Below are positions 10,901-20,111 of a DNA stretch of 64,000 nt, piece after piece (position 1 is the stretch's first letter; each line of letters opens with the position of its first letter). The DNA comes from a virus (taxonomy: Duplodnaviria; Caudoviricetes). Position numbers and translations under genes: made by a program. Location of the stretch: the IMG/VR virus record IMGVR_UViG_2873314349_000003; one strand, written 5' to 3'. Below the pieces are notes generated by a model. The model saw nothing but the letters and a program-made list of their open reading frames with translations, was not told the origin of the DNA and made no database searches.

Positions 10901-13105
10901 GATCAGATCCAGGGCAAGATCAGCATTCTGGACCCGCGCGGGCTGCAGGGCATCGGCGATGTCGTGCAGCGGATGAGCAGCGGGCATTGGTGGGACGAGC
11001 TCGACACCCAGATGGCCGGCTTCGCCAACACGCTCGGGGGGAAGATCGGCGTCACGCTGGATCACGGCACGAAGCGGGTCCAGAACCTCGACCAGGCCAT
11101 GGCCAGCATGGTGGCCTCGGGCAACCCGCAGGAAGCGGCGAAGCTCTTCGACGCCATCACCAAGCAGGCGCAGAACGCCGGCACCCCCCTGAACCGGCTG
11201 AAGGACCTGTTCCCGCAGTACACCGACGCCGTTGGGAAGTCGGTCCAGCCGACCAACGAAGCCGGCAGCGCGATCGATACGGCCAAGCAGAAGCTCGACG
11301 GCTTCAATACCTCCCTGTCGACCTTCTCAGGCCGGACGGATGCCTTTACCGCGCTGCAGAACATGCGCCAGGCATACAACGACGCCCGGGACGCCATCGA
11401 CGCCGCCAACGGCAAGCTGGACATTAACGCCCAGATGACCGATAAGCAGCGCGACGCGGTGATCCGGGCCCGTGACATGTTCGTCGGCTACCTGGAGAGG
11501 GTCCGCGACGGCGCCGATGCTCAGGCCAAGCTGTCGGGGAAGACCACTGACGCCACGCGCACGGTCCTTGAGCAGCTTCCCAAGCTCAGCGACCTGGCCG
11601 GGTCGAACAAGGAAGCCCGCGCCCAGGTTCTGCTGCTGGCCGATGCCTATGGAATTTCCCGCAGTGACGCGCTCAAAGCGATGGAGGGCGGCAAGAAACT
11701 CAAGGAGGTCTTGGACAAGCTGAAGTCGAAGCAGATTCGCATCGACATGGAAACCAAGGCTGCGGAGGAAAAGCTTAAGAAGCTGTATGACTGGCAGCTG
11801 AAAATCCTCGGAGTGAATACTAAGCTGCCCGAGACCATCGCGGCGCCGAAGACCAAGACCAAGGCCGACGGCGGCGTGAGTTTCAACCCATACGCTGCGG
11901 GCGGCATCGCCTATTTCGCATCCGGCGCGGAGAATCACATCGCGCAGATCGCCCCGGCCGGGGCGATGCGTGTGTGGGCCGAGCCGGAGACCGGAGGCGA
12001 GAGCTACATCCCGCTGGCGCCCAGCAAGCGGGAGCGCAGCACGCAGATCCTCGCGGCGACCGCCCAGATCATGGGCTACCAGCTCATGCCCGCGGGCAAG
12101 CTCGCGCTGATCGCCATGGCCGCCGGCGGGCTGGTCGCCGGCCAGAGGACGCCGGTGCTGTCCACCGGCCCGGCGACCGGCGGGCTGACGGTGAGCATCG
12201 ACAATCTCGGCCAGATGACGGCCAGCCTGGATGCGGTGAACGCCGGGCTCAACGAGCAGCTCGCCGGAGCCACCGGCGTGCTTACCTCCACCATCAGCGA
12301 GACCGGCACCCTGACCAAGACCATCTCCTCGGCGGGGCAGGCGGCAGGCAAGGTGGCCACCACCACCGGCCAGGCCGCCACCACCACGGCCTCGGGCACG
12401 GCGAAACTGACCACGGCGATCACCTCCCTGACCAAAGCGATCACGAGCCTGACCGCCGCGGTGAACAAGGCCGGGTCGCTGGCCGGCGGCGGGGCGGGCA
12501 GCAAGGCGCCCGCGAAGAAGACCACCGCCACCAAGAAGCCCGCGGCCCGCACTGACCCGAACGATGTCACCTACGACCGGGGCCCGACCAGGAAGAACAA
12601 CACGGGCACGCTGACCGCGGAGCTGCCCCCCAAGCCGTCCAACCAGGTCGAACCTTACGGCGGCAGCGGCGATGGCAGCGGGTCGATCGTGGGGGCCGCG
12701 GCGTACGCCGGGGCGTTGGCCGGGGTCGGCGGCGCGGCGGGGCTGATCGGCGCGTCGGCGGGCCGGGCGTTCGGTTCGGTCATGGCGGGATCGGCGGCGC
12801 AGGTGGCACGGTCGCTGCCGCTGAACGGCACCGGCTCGGGCGGCACCCAGGCCCGGTCGGCGCAACGGTCCGCGCCGCAGATGGGCGGTGGCGGCGCATC
12901 CTACTCCGGGGTGTACGGGGCTGGGGCGGCGCAGAGCGGATCGCTGGCAGGGCGGCTGGCGCACGACGCCGCGACGGGCACGGCTGGTTCAGCCAAGTCG
13001 AGCAGCGGCCGAGACGGGCCGTTGATCGAGAACTTCTACGCCGCGCCGAACAGCTCGCCTCGGCAGCTCGCCGAGGAGCTGAACTTCCTGCAGCGTCGCC
13101 GGTGA
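7925..13105 (+). CDS. Tape measure protein
   Basis: 1726 aa, Ala-rich coiled coil, WAEPETGGESYIPL motif. Confidence 0.95.
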   Translation: MADRTITTRLRLDVSQFVAGESKAKGSLNNLNRQFAETAGAAEGFRKKLEASFKRLPDIKITADSLPAEVKLAELRARMQTLAAQKIGVDIDASAALVQMAAIQAELQELEGQTSFEVRADVGKALADIESVIREVQRLDNSAVQVPVEVEIRGGAFAERLRAQVDAAARSLPKIPLDADSTPAQRQVADLRARLESLGSKRVGIDIDAASAIAQVRSIESELSRIDGDSATIDIRADAASAAAALAVISGEVSRLDGRTANARVNVDIAGALAAIGTVAAALAGLAAVPALASVGFAAAGLGAAFGAAGVGAASFAAVAVPSLGRVNEALKEQESASRSAGGAGKSLAASQAEAAARALQLAEAQNRVRDAAVAVVQAKRALRSAIDDVTRAQEDERRASDDLARAVEDGARRHAEALRQVEDGERAVRDAQADALRAQEALNDARREEERSLQDLGNRLIDTRLDQRQAAVDLQDAEARLNATRADPRATPKDIERAEIAYERAKQRVTELQISIERLQQEQSEADKNGVEGSDRVKNAKDALEQANRRIEESERALAETRANVARVDEESARRVADSQRQVAESHRRVADAQAKVIDSQERLVRSQRDAEMAARRLKVEQLQAKAAMEQTGGSAGGAITKMSQLSKAEKELAKDMAAFKTTYEDWQKSLQPDVFPVISGGLDLIADALPKLNPLVRGAAAGFTLLEKRAGEALKDPFWDEFIRRLSAEIPGAIDDFGAAALNVGKGAAGMIQAFLPYAGDLTDWVVGITKRFADWGTNLETSPGFKAFVAYAQANLPKVQKIVENIGTAVAKILQAAAAPGQGALDFLVGLSQKLAELSPDQIQAIAGGIGAIFTAAKLGTTIKLGGFLVLADVLSEMSPGQIQALAGAIVAVMLAVKGYQTATDAIEFFQGLRGEVGKAGDAAGAARGKFSGLGGVLQGAGIAAGITAIAAGVGLLDDKLSGLSPNMSNLTRHLGDWVKGGKPAADVLDQIQGKISILDPRGLQGIGDVVQRMSSGHWWDELDTQMAGFANTLGGKIGVTLDHGTKRVQNLDQAMASMVASGNPQEAAKLFDAITKQAQNAGTPLNRLKDLFPQYTDAVGKSVQPTNEAGSAIDTAKQKLDGFNTSLSTFSGRTDAFTALQNMRQAYNDARDAIDAANGKLDINAQMTDKQRDAVIRARDMFVGYLERVRDGADAQAKLSGKTTDATRTVLEQLPKLSDLAGSNKEARAQVLLLADAYGISRSDALKAMEGGKKLKEVLDKLKSKQIRIDMETKAAEEKLKKLYDWQLKILGVNTKLPETIAAPKTKTKADGGVSFNPYAAGGIAYFASGAENHIAQIAPAGAMRVWAEPETGGESYIPLAPSKRERSTQILAATAQIMGYQLMPAGKLALIAMAAGGLVAGQRTPVLSTGPATGGLTVSIDNLGQMTASLDAVNAGLNEQLAGATGVLTSTISETGTLTKTISSAGQAAGKVATTTGQAATTTASGTAKLTTAITSLTKAITSLTAAVNKAGSLAGGGAGSKAPAKKTTATKKPAARTDPNDVTYDRGPTRKNNTGTLTAELPPKPSNQVEPYGGSGDGSGSIVGAAAYAGALAGVGGAAGLIGASAGRAFGSVMAGSAAQVARSLPLNGTGSGGTQARSAQRSAPQMGGGGASYSGVYGAGAAQSGSLAGRLAHDAATGTAGSAKSSSGRDGPLIENFYAAPNSSPRQLAEELNFLQRRR

Positions 13106-13161
13106 CCCGCCCGGCCGGCGGTGCTGCTCATCCACCCATTTTGTGATCTTGGGGGTTTCGC

Positions 13162-13386
13162 ATGCCCAGACCCGATCCCGACGAGCCGGGTATCACCTAC
13201 GGCGAGAAGCTGCGCCGCAAGGGCCTGCAGATCCGCCCGCGCGGCTGGACCGACGCCACCCGTGACCAGCACGCCTTCGGCCGGCGCGCTGATGGGGTGC
13301 GGTGGAAGCGCACCCGCGACCAGCTCGGCCACGACACCACCGAGCACGCCGACGACCGCGTCGATGTGCAGATCAACCTGCGCTGA
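13162..13386 (+). CDS. Hypothetical phage protein
   Basis: 74 aa, operon-consistent codon usage. Confidence 0.65.
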   Translation: MPRPDPDEPGITYGEKLRRKGLQIRPRGWTDATRDQHAFGRRADGVRWKRTRDQLGHDTTEHADDRVDVQINLR

Positions 13387-13395
13387 GGGGGCCGG

Positions 13396-13863
13396 GTGGC
13401 TATCACCACAGAGGGCTGGTTCGTCGACACCCAAGTCAAGATCGCGACGAACGCGATCGCCCTCAACCTGGGCGACACCACGCCGGGCATGTTCAAGTTC
13501 GCCCTGTTCCTCGACACCATCACCCCCAACTTCTCGCAGGCCAACCCCGCCTACGGCAGTGCGCCGTTCAACAGCGGAGAGGCCTCGGGCGCGGGCTACA
13601 CCGCCGAGGGCATCGCGCTGAGCGGGGTGGTCTACGAGGAACACCCCTCAGCGGCCGGGTGGGTGCGCTGGGACTTCAACAACCTGTCCTGGGCGGGGTC
13701 CACCATCACCGGCGCCAAGGCCGGTCTGATCCACGTGCCGAGCCTGTCGTACCGGGCCGTGCTGCTGCGCACCTTCGGCCAGGCCTACTCCACCAACGAC
13801 GGCACCTTCGGCATCAACCTGCCGAGCGACGGCGTCGCCAAGTCTCGGGTCATCACGGCCTGA
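13396..13863 (+). CDS. Minor tail-associated protein
   Basis: FKFALF, GAGYTAEG, TNDGTF pattern. Confidence 0.7.
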   Translation: MAITTEGWFVDTQVKIATNAIALNLGDTTPGMFKFALFLDTITPNFSQANPAYGSAPFNSGEASGAGYTAEGIALSGVVYEEHPSAAGWVRWDFNNLSWAGSTITGAKAGLIHVPSLSYRAVLLRTFGQAYSTNDGTFGINLPSDGVAKSRVITA

Positions 13864-13927
13864 CGGGTCCCGGCAACGACCTCACCCCTGCCCCTGTAGG
13901 GCAGGGGTTTCGCATGAAAGGGGCCCG

Positions 13928-14386
13928 ATGGCCACCTATGCAATCGACACCAACGGCGATATCGCCCTGTCGGCGGCGACTGCCAAAACGATCCTGAACG
14001 TGATCGCGGCCTCGGGTGGCCTGGTGAAGATCACCGAGCTGAGTGTCTCCTTCGATGGCACCAGTTCCACCGCCGAACCGGTCACGGTCGAGCTGTGCGC
14101 CTCCACCCAGGCGGGCGCCGGCACCTCGACCTCCCACACCCCGCTCCAGGTGTCCGGCGCGACCCGGACCGTCAGCGCGACCGGCGCGCGCAACTACTCA
14201 GCGGAGCCGACCGTGCTGACCGTCCGCAAGCGGTGGCTGGTCCACCCCCAGGGCGGGCTGCTCGTGGTGCAGTTCCCGCTCAGCCGCGAGCCGCAACTGG
14301 CGGCCACCGGCGGCTGGGCGCTGCGCTGCACCGCCCCGGCGACCGTGAACGTGCAGGCCTACCTGGAATTCGCCGAGAACGAGTAG
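13928..14386 (+). CDS. Phage structural protein
   Basis: GAAAGGGG RBS; beta-rich. Confidence 0.7.
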   Translation: MATYAIDTNGDIALSAATAKTILNVIAASGGLVKITELSVSFDGTSSTAEPVTVELCASTQAGAGTSTSHTPLQVSGATRTVSATGARNYSAEPTVLTVRKRWLVHPQGGLLVVQFPLSREPQLAATGGWALRCTAPATVNVQAYLEFAENE

Positions 14387-14398
14387 GAGAACCACCTG

Positions 14399-14623
14399 AT
14401 GGTGTACCTGTACTGGCGGTGGCCCGGCACGCACACCGACGCCGACGGGCGTCCGGTCACCGAGCGGCGCGCGCCCTACGGCAGCCTGAGCGACGCACGC
14501 GGCCAAGCCGACCACGACCTCGCCCTGTGTAAGGCGTCCGACGACTATGCCGCGGCGCCGCTTCGAGTCCTGGACGACGGCGGCCGGGTGCTGTGGGAGG
14601 CCACGATCCCTGCGGGCAGGTAG
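14399..14623 (+). CDS. Hypothetical protein
   Basis: AGGAG RBS; fills the operon gap. Confidence 0.6.
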   Translation: MVYLYWRWPGTHTDADGRPVTERRAPYGSLSDARGQADHDLALCKASDDYAAAPLRVLDDGGRVLWEATIPAGR

Positions 14624-14626
14624 CCG

Positions 14627-15298
14627 ATGATCGGTTTCGCGTCCTCGCCGAATGTCGCCGTGTCCGACACAAGCACCGTCGAGACGGCGCTGTTCTCCCC
14701 TCCCGCAGGTTCTTTGCTGGTGGCGGTGCTGATGTGCTTCGACACCGGCTCCAGGCCACCAACCAACACCGGGACGGCCTTGACGTGGACACCTCGGATG
14801 CTCACCTCGGGGGTACGCATCTACACCGCCCCCAACAACACCGATCAGACGAACATCAAGGTGTCAGCCCCGTTCGACACCGAGCAGGGAGCCGTCAAGG
14901 TCCACGTCGCCACCGGTGTTGACCTCACAGTGCCCGTGGGAGCGACGGGGAGCGGCAGCACCGCCACCAACAACGCGACCATCACCGCCTACACCAGCAC
15001 CGTGGACGGATCCCGCGGTATCTGCGGCGCGGTCGAAGAGAACGCTCTGGGCACCCCCTCGAGCACTGACCAGGCGGAGCCCTGGAGTGTGAACCTCGGC
15101 CTCAAGGGTCTGTCGCTGCTCAAAGCCACCAACACCACACCGGTCGGCTCCACCGTCACCTTCAACCTCGACGCGGCCGGCTCCTCTCCCGCCTCCTGGG
15201 AGTGGGCGGCGCTCGAACTTCTCCCCTCGCTCAGCCCCAGCCGCCCCATCCGGCTGATGAATGTCGGCCAAGCCGTCAAACGCGGCACCATCTGGTAG
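14627..15298 (+). CDS. Minor tail/baseplate-associated beta-rich protein
   Basis: FSPPAGSLLVAV, Thr-rich; position. Confidence 0.65.
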   Translation: MIGFASSPNVAVSDTSTVETALFSPPAGSLLVAVLMCFDTGSRPPTNTGTALTWTPRMLTSGVRIYTAPNNTDQTNIKVSAPFDTEQGAVKVHVATGVDLTVPVGATGSGSTATNNATITAYTSTVDGSRGICGAVEENALGTPSSTDQAEPWSVNLGLKGLSLLKATNTTPVGSTVTFNLDAAGSSPASWEWAALELLPSLSPSRPIRLMNVGQAVKRGTIW

Positions 15299-15313
15299 CC
15301 GAGGGGAGCGTGC

Positions 15314-16369
15314 GTGGCTCGTATCGGGCGCGGGTTCCCCTCCCGGATCACCGCGATCAAACCGGCAAGATCCACCGACGCGATCGTCGAGCTGGAGACG
15401 TTCGCCACCGTCTGGGAATTCCCCGCCCTTGAGGTCACCTCGCCCTCGATCGGCATCGAGCTGCCGGTGTTCGCCACCACCTGGGAATTCCCCGCGCTCG
15501 AGGTTGTCTACGACACCGAGATCAACCTGACGGCCTTCTCCACGGTGTGGGAGTTCCCGCCGCTGGCGGTGGACACACCGATCCTGCCCGGCATCACGAT
15601 CACCCGCGACGGCGAGATCGAGTGGCGAGGCGTCCTGTGGTCCTCGGCCAACAAGTTCCGCCCCCAGAACGATCTCGCCGGGTGGGACGACCTGCCCGGG
15701 CTGGACTCCGGTAACGCGCCCCGGGCCAACGACGACGGCTCGTGGGCCGGTCCGGACTATCCCGAGCAGCGCTCCGTCAGCGTGACCGTGCAGATCGACG
15801 ACCAGACCGCCTTCGCCGCCTCCCGCAAGGCCATCCGCGACCTGCTGACCCCCGGCGACGATGAGAGCGAGTACCCGCTGGTGATCCGGATCAGCGGGGA
15901 GACCTTGCTGGCCTACGGCAAGGTCGCCAAGCGGATCATCCCCTCGACGCTGGCGGGCATCGGCAAGGCCGACGTCGCGATCCAGTGGGTCTGCGCCGAC
16001 CCCTACCGGTACTGGCTGACCGAGTTCGGGATCACCGTCACCCCTGAAGGGCCGCAGGTCATCTCCAACGGCGGCGGCGCGCGCACCAAGCCGCGGCTGC
16101 GCTTCCACGGCCCCGCCAGCGTCCCCCGCATCCGGGTGGCCGGCCGGATCCTGGCGTTCCAGGTCGAACTCGGCGCCGGAGATGTCTTCGACGTCAACTG
16201 CCGGACCGGCGACACCACGATCGGCGAACTGGACTACGTGCGCGTCCATGACTTCTCGGTGGCCATCACCGACCTGGTGATCCCCCCGGGTGACTGGGAG
16301 CTGGAGTACATCCCCGACTCCGGCGGCGCCGCCGGGGTGGATGTGTTCTGGCGGCCCGCCGAAAGCTGA
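15314..16369 (+). CDS. Distal tail (Dit-like) protein with three N-terminal repeats
   Basis: GWDDLPGLD, QWVCADPYRY motifs; FxTxWEFPxLxV x3. Confidence 0.8.
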   Translation: MARIGRGFPSRITAIKPARSTDAIVELETFATVWEFPALEVTSPSIGIELPVFATTWEFPALEVVYDTEINLTAFSTVWEFPPLAVDTPILPGITITRDGEIEWRGVLWSSANKFRPQNDLAGWDDLPGLDSGNAPRANDDGSWAGPDYPEQRSVSVTVQIDDQTAFAASRKAIRDLLTPGDDESEYPLVIRISGETLLAYGKVAKRIIPSTLAGIGKADVAIQWVCADPYRYWLTEFGITVTPEGPQVISNGGGARTKPRLRFHGPASVPRIRVAGRILAFQVELGAGDVFDVNCRTGDTTIGELDYVRVHDFSVAITDLVIPPGDWELEYIPDSGGAAGVDVFWRPAES

Positions 16370-16394
16370 CCTTGCGCGCGGATCGGGGGTCGGT

Positions 16395-17558
16395 GTGGCC
16401 GTCCGGTACAGGTATGTATTCGCCGACCTGCTCACCGACCAGACCATCGATGACCTGCCGCTCAGCAAGGTCTCCTTCGACCACCGCATCAACCAGCCGG
16501 GCACCTTCGCCGGCGGCCTGCCGATCACCAACCGGCGGATCGCCCGCCGGCTGGACCGGGTGATCCCCGCCGACATCGACGACCTGTCAGCGGGCCCAGG
16601 CCGGATCGTGTGCCACTGCCTGCGCGACAACGGCACGCGCGTGGACCTGTGGGGGACGTACTGGATCTGGTACGCCAAAACCAGCCAGGGCCGCAAGGGG
16701 CCGCCGCAGGTGGACCTGCGCGGCATGTCCTTGGACGGCTACCTGGCGTCGGTGGAGATCCAGCAGAACTTCATCCGGTACGGCACCGACCGGGTCACCA
16801 TCGCCCGGGACCTGCTCACCGAGGCCCAGGCCCTGCCGTACACCGGGCTCGGCATCGCCTTCGCTTCCGGCACCAGCGGCGTGCTCCAGGACCTGATCGT
16901 CGCGGCCACCGACAAGGCCAACTACGGCGAAACCGTACGCAAGCTGGCCGAGCAGACCAACGGGTTCGAAACCCACATGGACACCTACCTGGCCGACGGA
17001 CAGCGGCGGCGCGAGCTGCGCTGGGCGTTCCCCAAGCTCGGCGACGTCGACGGCCGCCACCACGAGTTCTCCCAGCCAGGCAACGTGCTCGAATGGTCGC
17101 AGGAGTCCGACGCGCTGCGCGGCGGCACCCGGTGGCGGGCCCGCGGCGACTCGGCCAACAACGACCTGTCGGCGGCGTCCGGGCCGCAGTTCTCCACCCC
17201 GGTGGAGGCCACCGCGCACCTGCAGGCCGGGTGGCCGCGCATCGACCGGACCCTGGACCTGCAGGGGGAGATCGACCCCTCGGCGCTGAAGTCGTATGCG
17301 GCGTACTGGGCGGCGACCGCGGCCGGCGCCGTGCGGGTACACACCGCGACCGTGCGCCTGGACCCGGCCACCTCGCTCACCCCGCACCGGCTCGGGGACT
17401 ACGCCACGCTGCGGCTCACCAACCAGCGTTTCCCCCGCCGCAACGGGGTCGCAAGCTTCGTGCGCAGCTGGAGGGTGATCGGCATGGAGATCAGGCCGCC
17501 CGAGCGGGGCAACGGCATCGAAGAGGCCAATCTGATCTTCGAGGAGCTGGTGGCCTGA
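16395..17558 (+). CDS. Minor tail (hub/Tal-like) protein
   Basis: YRYVFADLLT..IDDLPL, GWPRID, LGD motifs; follows Dit. Confidence 0.8.
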   Translation: MAVRYRYVFADLLTDQTIDDLPLSKVSFDHRINQPGTFAGGLPITNRRIARRLDRVIPADIDDLSAGPGRIVCHCLRDNGTRVDLWGTYWIWYAKTSQGRKGPPQVDLRGMSLDGYLASVEIQQNFIRYGTDRVTIARDLLTEAQALPYTGLGIAFASGTSGVLQDLIVAATDKANYGETVRKLAEQTNGFETHMDTYLADGQRRRELRWAFPKLGDVDGRHHEFSQPGNVLEWSQESDALRGGTRWRARGDSANNDLSAASGPQFSTPVEATAHLQAGWPRIDRTLDLQGEIDPSALKSYAAYWAATAAGAVRVHTATVRLDPATSLTPHRLGDYATLRLTNQRFPRRNGVASFVRSWRVIGMEIRPPERGNGIEEANLIFEELVA

Positions 17559-18313
17559 TGCCCGTCGGATACCCCCAGGACGCCCTGGTACGGATCGAAC
17601 GGCTCGAAAAGCTGGTCGACCAGCTGTACACCGCCTCCCAGACCCGGCCGGCCCAAGACGTCATCCGCTCGGCTGCGGTCACCATCGGCGACCCCGATGG
17701 GGCCCACATCAAGCTGATCCCGATGGGCGACATCGGCGCCGAGATCCACCTCACCCCCGCCTCCGGGACGAACCCGACCAAGCTGCAGGCCGACACCAGC
17801 GCCGGGTACCCGGGCGAGGCGGCCCTGCACATCGTCTCCGGCGACGCCGGCGCGGTGTCCTCAGAGCTGCTGCTGGCCTCCGGCCAGGTGTCCATGCGGA
17901 TCCTGGACGGCGGCGGCGACGCCGGCGGGTTTGCCTACTGGGGGTCTGATCGGGCGAGGTTCGGGTTCATCGACGGGAGCAACGACAACTACTTCGACTT
18001 CTCCGGCAACGGCATCTCCCGGCATTACGGGCAGTGGGAGGACTTCGGTTCGCTGGCCTCCAACGCCGGCGTGCTGTCGGGGTCCTGGACGATCGCCAGC
18101 GGCTTCGTCGGGGCGACGGTCCACTATCCCTCCACCATGGACAGCAACATGGGGCCTGTCGCCTCCCTTCGGGACGGCGCGTCCAACCCGAACTTCTACC
18201 ACTGCCTGACCTCGAGCACGACGAGCTCCTACGACCACGACTGGTCGCCTTCTGGCGGCTTGGGGGGTCCGCTCACCGGCAAGGCGGGCTACTTCTGGAG
18301 CTTCCGCCACTGA
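17558..18313 (+). CDS. Minor tail protein
   Basis: TGATG overlap; N-terminal RIERLEK coil then beta-rich. Confidence 0.7.
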   Translation: MPVGYPQDALVRIERLEKLVDQLYTASQTRPAQDVIRSAAVTIGDPDGAHIKLIPMGDIGAEIHLTPASGTNPTKLQADTSAGYPGEAALHIVSGDAGAVSSELLLASGQVSMRILDGGGDAGGFAYWGSDRARFGFIDGSNDNYFDFSGNGISRHYGQWEDFGSLASNAGVLSGSWTIASGFVGATVHYPSTMDSNMGPVASLRDGASNPNFYHCLTSSTTSSYDHDWSPSGGLGGPLTGKAGYFWSFRH

Positions 18314-18330
18314 CCTGAAAGGAGGGGCGC

Positions 18331-19050
18331 GTGCCTGAGTTGGTCGAGATCTACGACAGTGAGGCCTCCTACCAGGGCCGGCCGCCGGACTTGACCTCCC
18401 CGCGGTTGGACCCGGACGCGAGCGTGGAGCCGACGTGGGGTGTGCACCTGTGGGATCCGGGGCGCGGCGGCCGCCGGATGGCGATCATCCCGCACGTCCG
18501 GCTTGAGACGACTGTGGTGCAGCGCGGTCACGACCCTGAGGACCTGGAGGGCATCGTGGCCACGATCTTGCACCTGCCCTACCTGCCCGACCCGGGCGAC
18601 CCGCTCTCCTACGACGACCCCGCTCAGATGGCGCTGCTGAACGCCGTCGCCGACGTGCCCGACGCGCTGATGCCAGGCATGCCGCAGGCCGAGAAGTTGG
18701 AAGCGACCCTGGCGCTGGTCGCCGCGGTGCGCGAGCACCGCATCACCGTGGATCCGGCCTCCCGGCAGGACCGGCAGGGGGCACTGGACTGGCGGCGCGC
18801 GGTGATCCTCGCAGCGGGTGACCGGCTTCCGGCGGAGTACCGGCTCGGGCTGGAGGATCAGGCGCCGGAACATCCGCTGGACGCGATCCTGGCCGGCGTG
18901 CGGTTGGACCCGGCACGGATCGCCGCCCGCCGGCAGCGCGAAGCGTGGGCGGCCGCGAGACGCGAGCGGGTGGCGAGCCGCGCTGTGGCGCTCATGGGGC
19001 CGCGCAACTTCGGGTTCGGCCGAATCGTGCCGACCGACCCTGCGGGCTGA
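18331..19050 (+). CDS. Hypothetical phage protein
   Basis: GAAAGGAGG RBS; 239 aa. Confidence 0.7.
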   Translation: MPELVEIYDSEASYQGRPPDLTSPRLDPDASVEPTWGVHLWDPGRGGRRMAIIPHVRLETTVVQRGHDPEDLEGIVATILHLPYLPDPGDPLSYDDPAQMALLNAVADVPDALMPGMPQAEKLEATLALVAAVREHRITVDPASRQDRQGALDWRRAVILAAGDRLPAEYRLGLEDQAPEHPLDAILAGVRLDPARIAARRQREAWAAARRERVASRAVALMGPRNFGFGRIVPTDPAG

Positions 19051-19178
19051 CGACTTTTGCGTGCAGCACGCCAACCTTGTAGCCGGTCGACCGTCCGCCT
19101 CACCTTCTGACGGGCGTTGCACCACTCTCTCCCCCCTGACGTGCTGCCCCTGATCTCGGGCGCGGTCGGCACCCACCC

Positions 19179-19562
19179 ATGCCCGAGACCGGAGGCCGAG
19201 TGGAACTGCTGTCGATCACGGCGGCACAGGCGAGCGTCCTCGGCAGCATCATCGCCGCGCTGGTCGGAACCGTCGTGTACGGCTTCCGACTGGTCTACGT
19301 CGGCCGACTGGTCCCGAGGTCCACGGTCGACGCGCTCACCGACTCCGCCGAGCAGCGCGTCAAGGCCGCCAAGGAGTACGCCGAGCAGAAGGCCGCCGAA
19401 GCCGCCGAGTACAAGGCGGCGTGGCTGGCCTCCGAAAAGGCGCGGCACGAGCAGGACGTGCAGATCGGCGAGCTGATGGAGTCCAGCCGCACCACGGTCG
19501 CGATCCTGCGGTCCATCGCCCCCGTACCCCCCGGAGAGGCCCGCGATGTGGTGGCCCCGTAG
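19179..19562 (+). CDS. Membrane protein, holin-like (true start may be GTG at about 19200)
   Basis: One TM, GRLVPR motif, coiled coil; lysis cassette. Confidence 0.65.
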   Translation: MPETGGRVELLSITAAQASVLGSIIAALVGTVVYGFRLVYVGRLVPRSTVDALTDSAEQRVKAAKEYAEQKAAEAAEYKAAWLASEKARHEQDVQIGELMESSRTTVAILRSIAPVPPGEARDVVAP

Positions 19563-19803
19563 ACGCCGGCCCGCGCCGGACCCCGCGCCCGAACCGCAGA
19601 TCACCACCGAAGAGCCTCAGCGCCTGGCCGCCGCGCGCGCCGCGCGCCGCCAGGCCGAGCGGCAGCTGGAGCTGGCCCGGGCGCGGCGGCCGGAGGTCGA
19701 GCAGATCGCCTCCTCGCTGCGCCGGGTCCGCGAACGCAACGGGTTCGCCGAGATCTTCGCCAACGCCTTGAGAGGAACCCCTGGTGATCCATCAGCTGGG
19801 TAG
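19546..19803 (+). CDS. Small lysis-cassette protein
   Basis: RERNGFAEIF motif typical of this position in actinophages. Confidence 0.6.
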   Translation: MWWPRRRRPAPDPAPEPQITTEEPQRLAAARAARRQAERQLELARARRPEVEQIASSLRRVRERNGFAEIFANALRGTPGDPSAG

Positions 19804-20110
19804 CGTCCTGGTCGTCCTGGCCACGACCGAGGCGCTCGCCTGCGCAGTGTTCTACGGGCTGTTCTTCCGCTGGTGGACCAGCGACGAGGGCCGCCACCTG
19901 TTCACCTTCATGGGCGTGGTCGCCGCGGCGATGACCTTGTGGACGGTCCTGCTGGTCGCTGGCGGGACCGCATGGACTCCGGCACCGGCAGGGCCCCGGG
20001 AGTGGGCGCGGACGCTCACCTTCGCCGCGATCGCCTGGATCCTCGGCGACCGGCTTCGCCTGCTGGCCAAGGGCAAACGCAACGAACGGCGAGACGGAAG
20101 GAGACGCTGA
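19784..20110 (+). CDS. Putative holin (3 TM)
   Basis: WW.S..GRHL.F motif, three hydrophobic segments. Confidence 0.65.
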   Translation: MIHQLGSVLVVLATTEALACAVFYGLFFRWWTSDEGRHLFTFMGVVAAAMTLWTVLLVAGGTAWTPAPAGPREWARTLTFAAIAWILGDRLRLLAKGKRNERRDGRRR

Positions 20111-20111
20111 C

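Noticed and set aside
7873-12964. Long minus-strand ORFs (512, 850, 545 aa) opposite the tape measure gene
   Set aside because: Antisense shadows expected from high-GC codon bias; no motifs
15314-15570. DGR template/variable repeats
   Set aside because: Short in-frame tandem repeats without adenine-specific variation; no reverse transcriptase in the window
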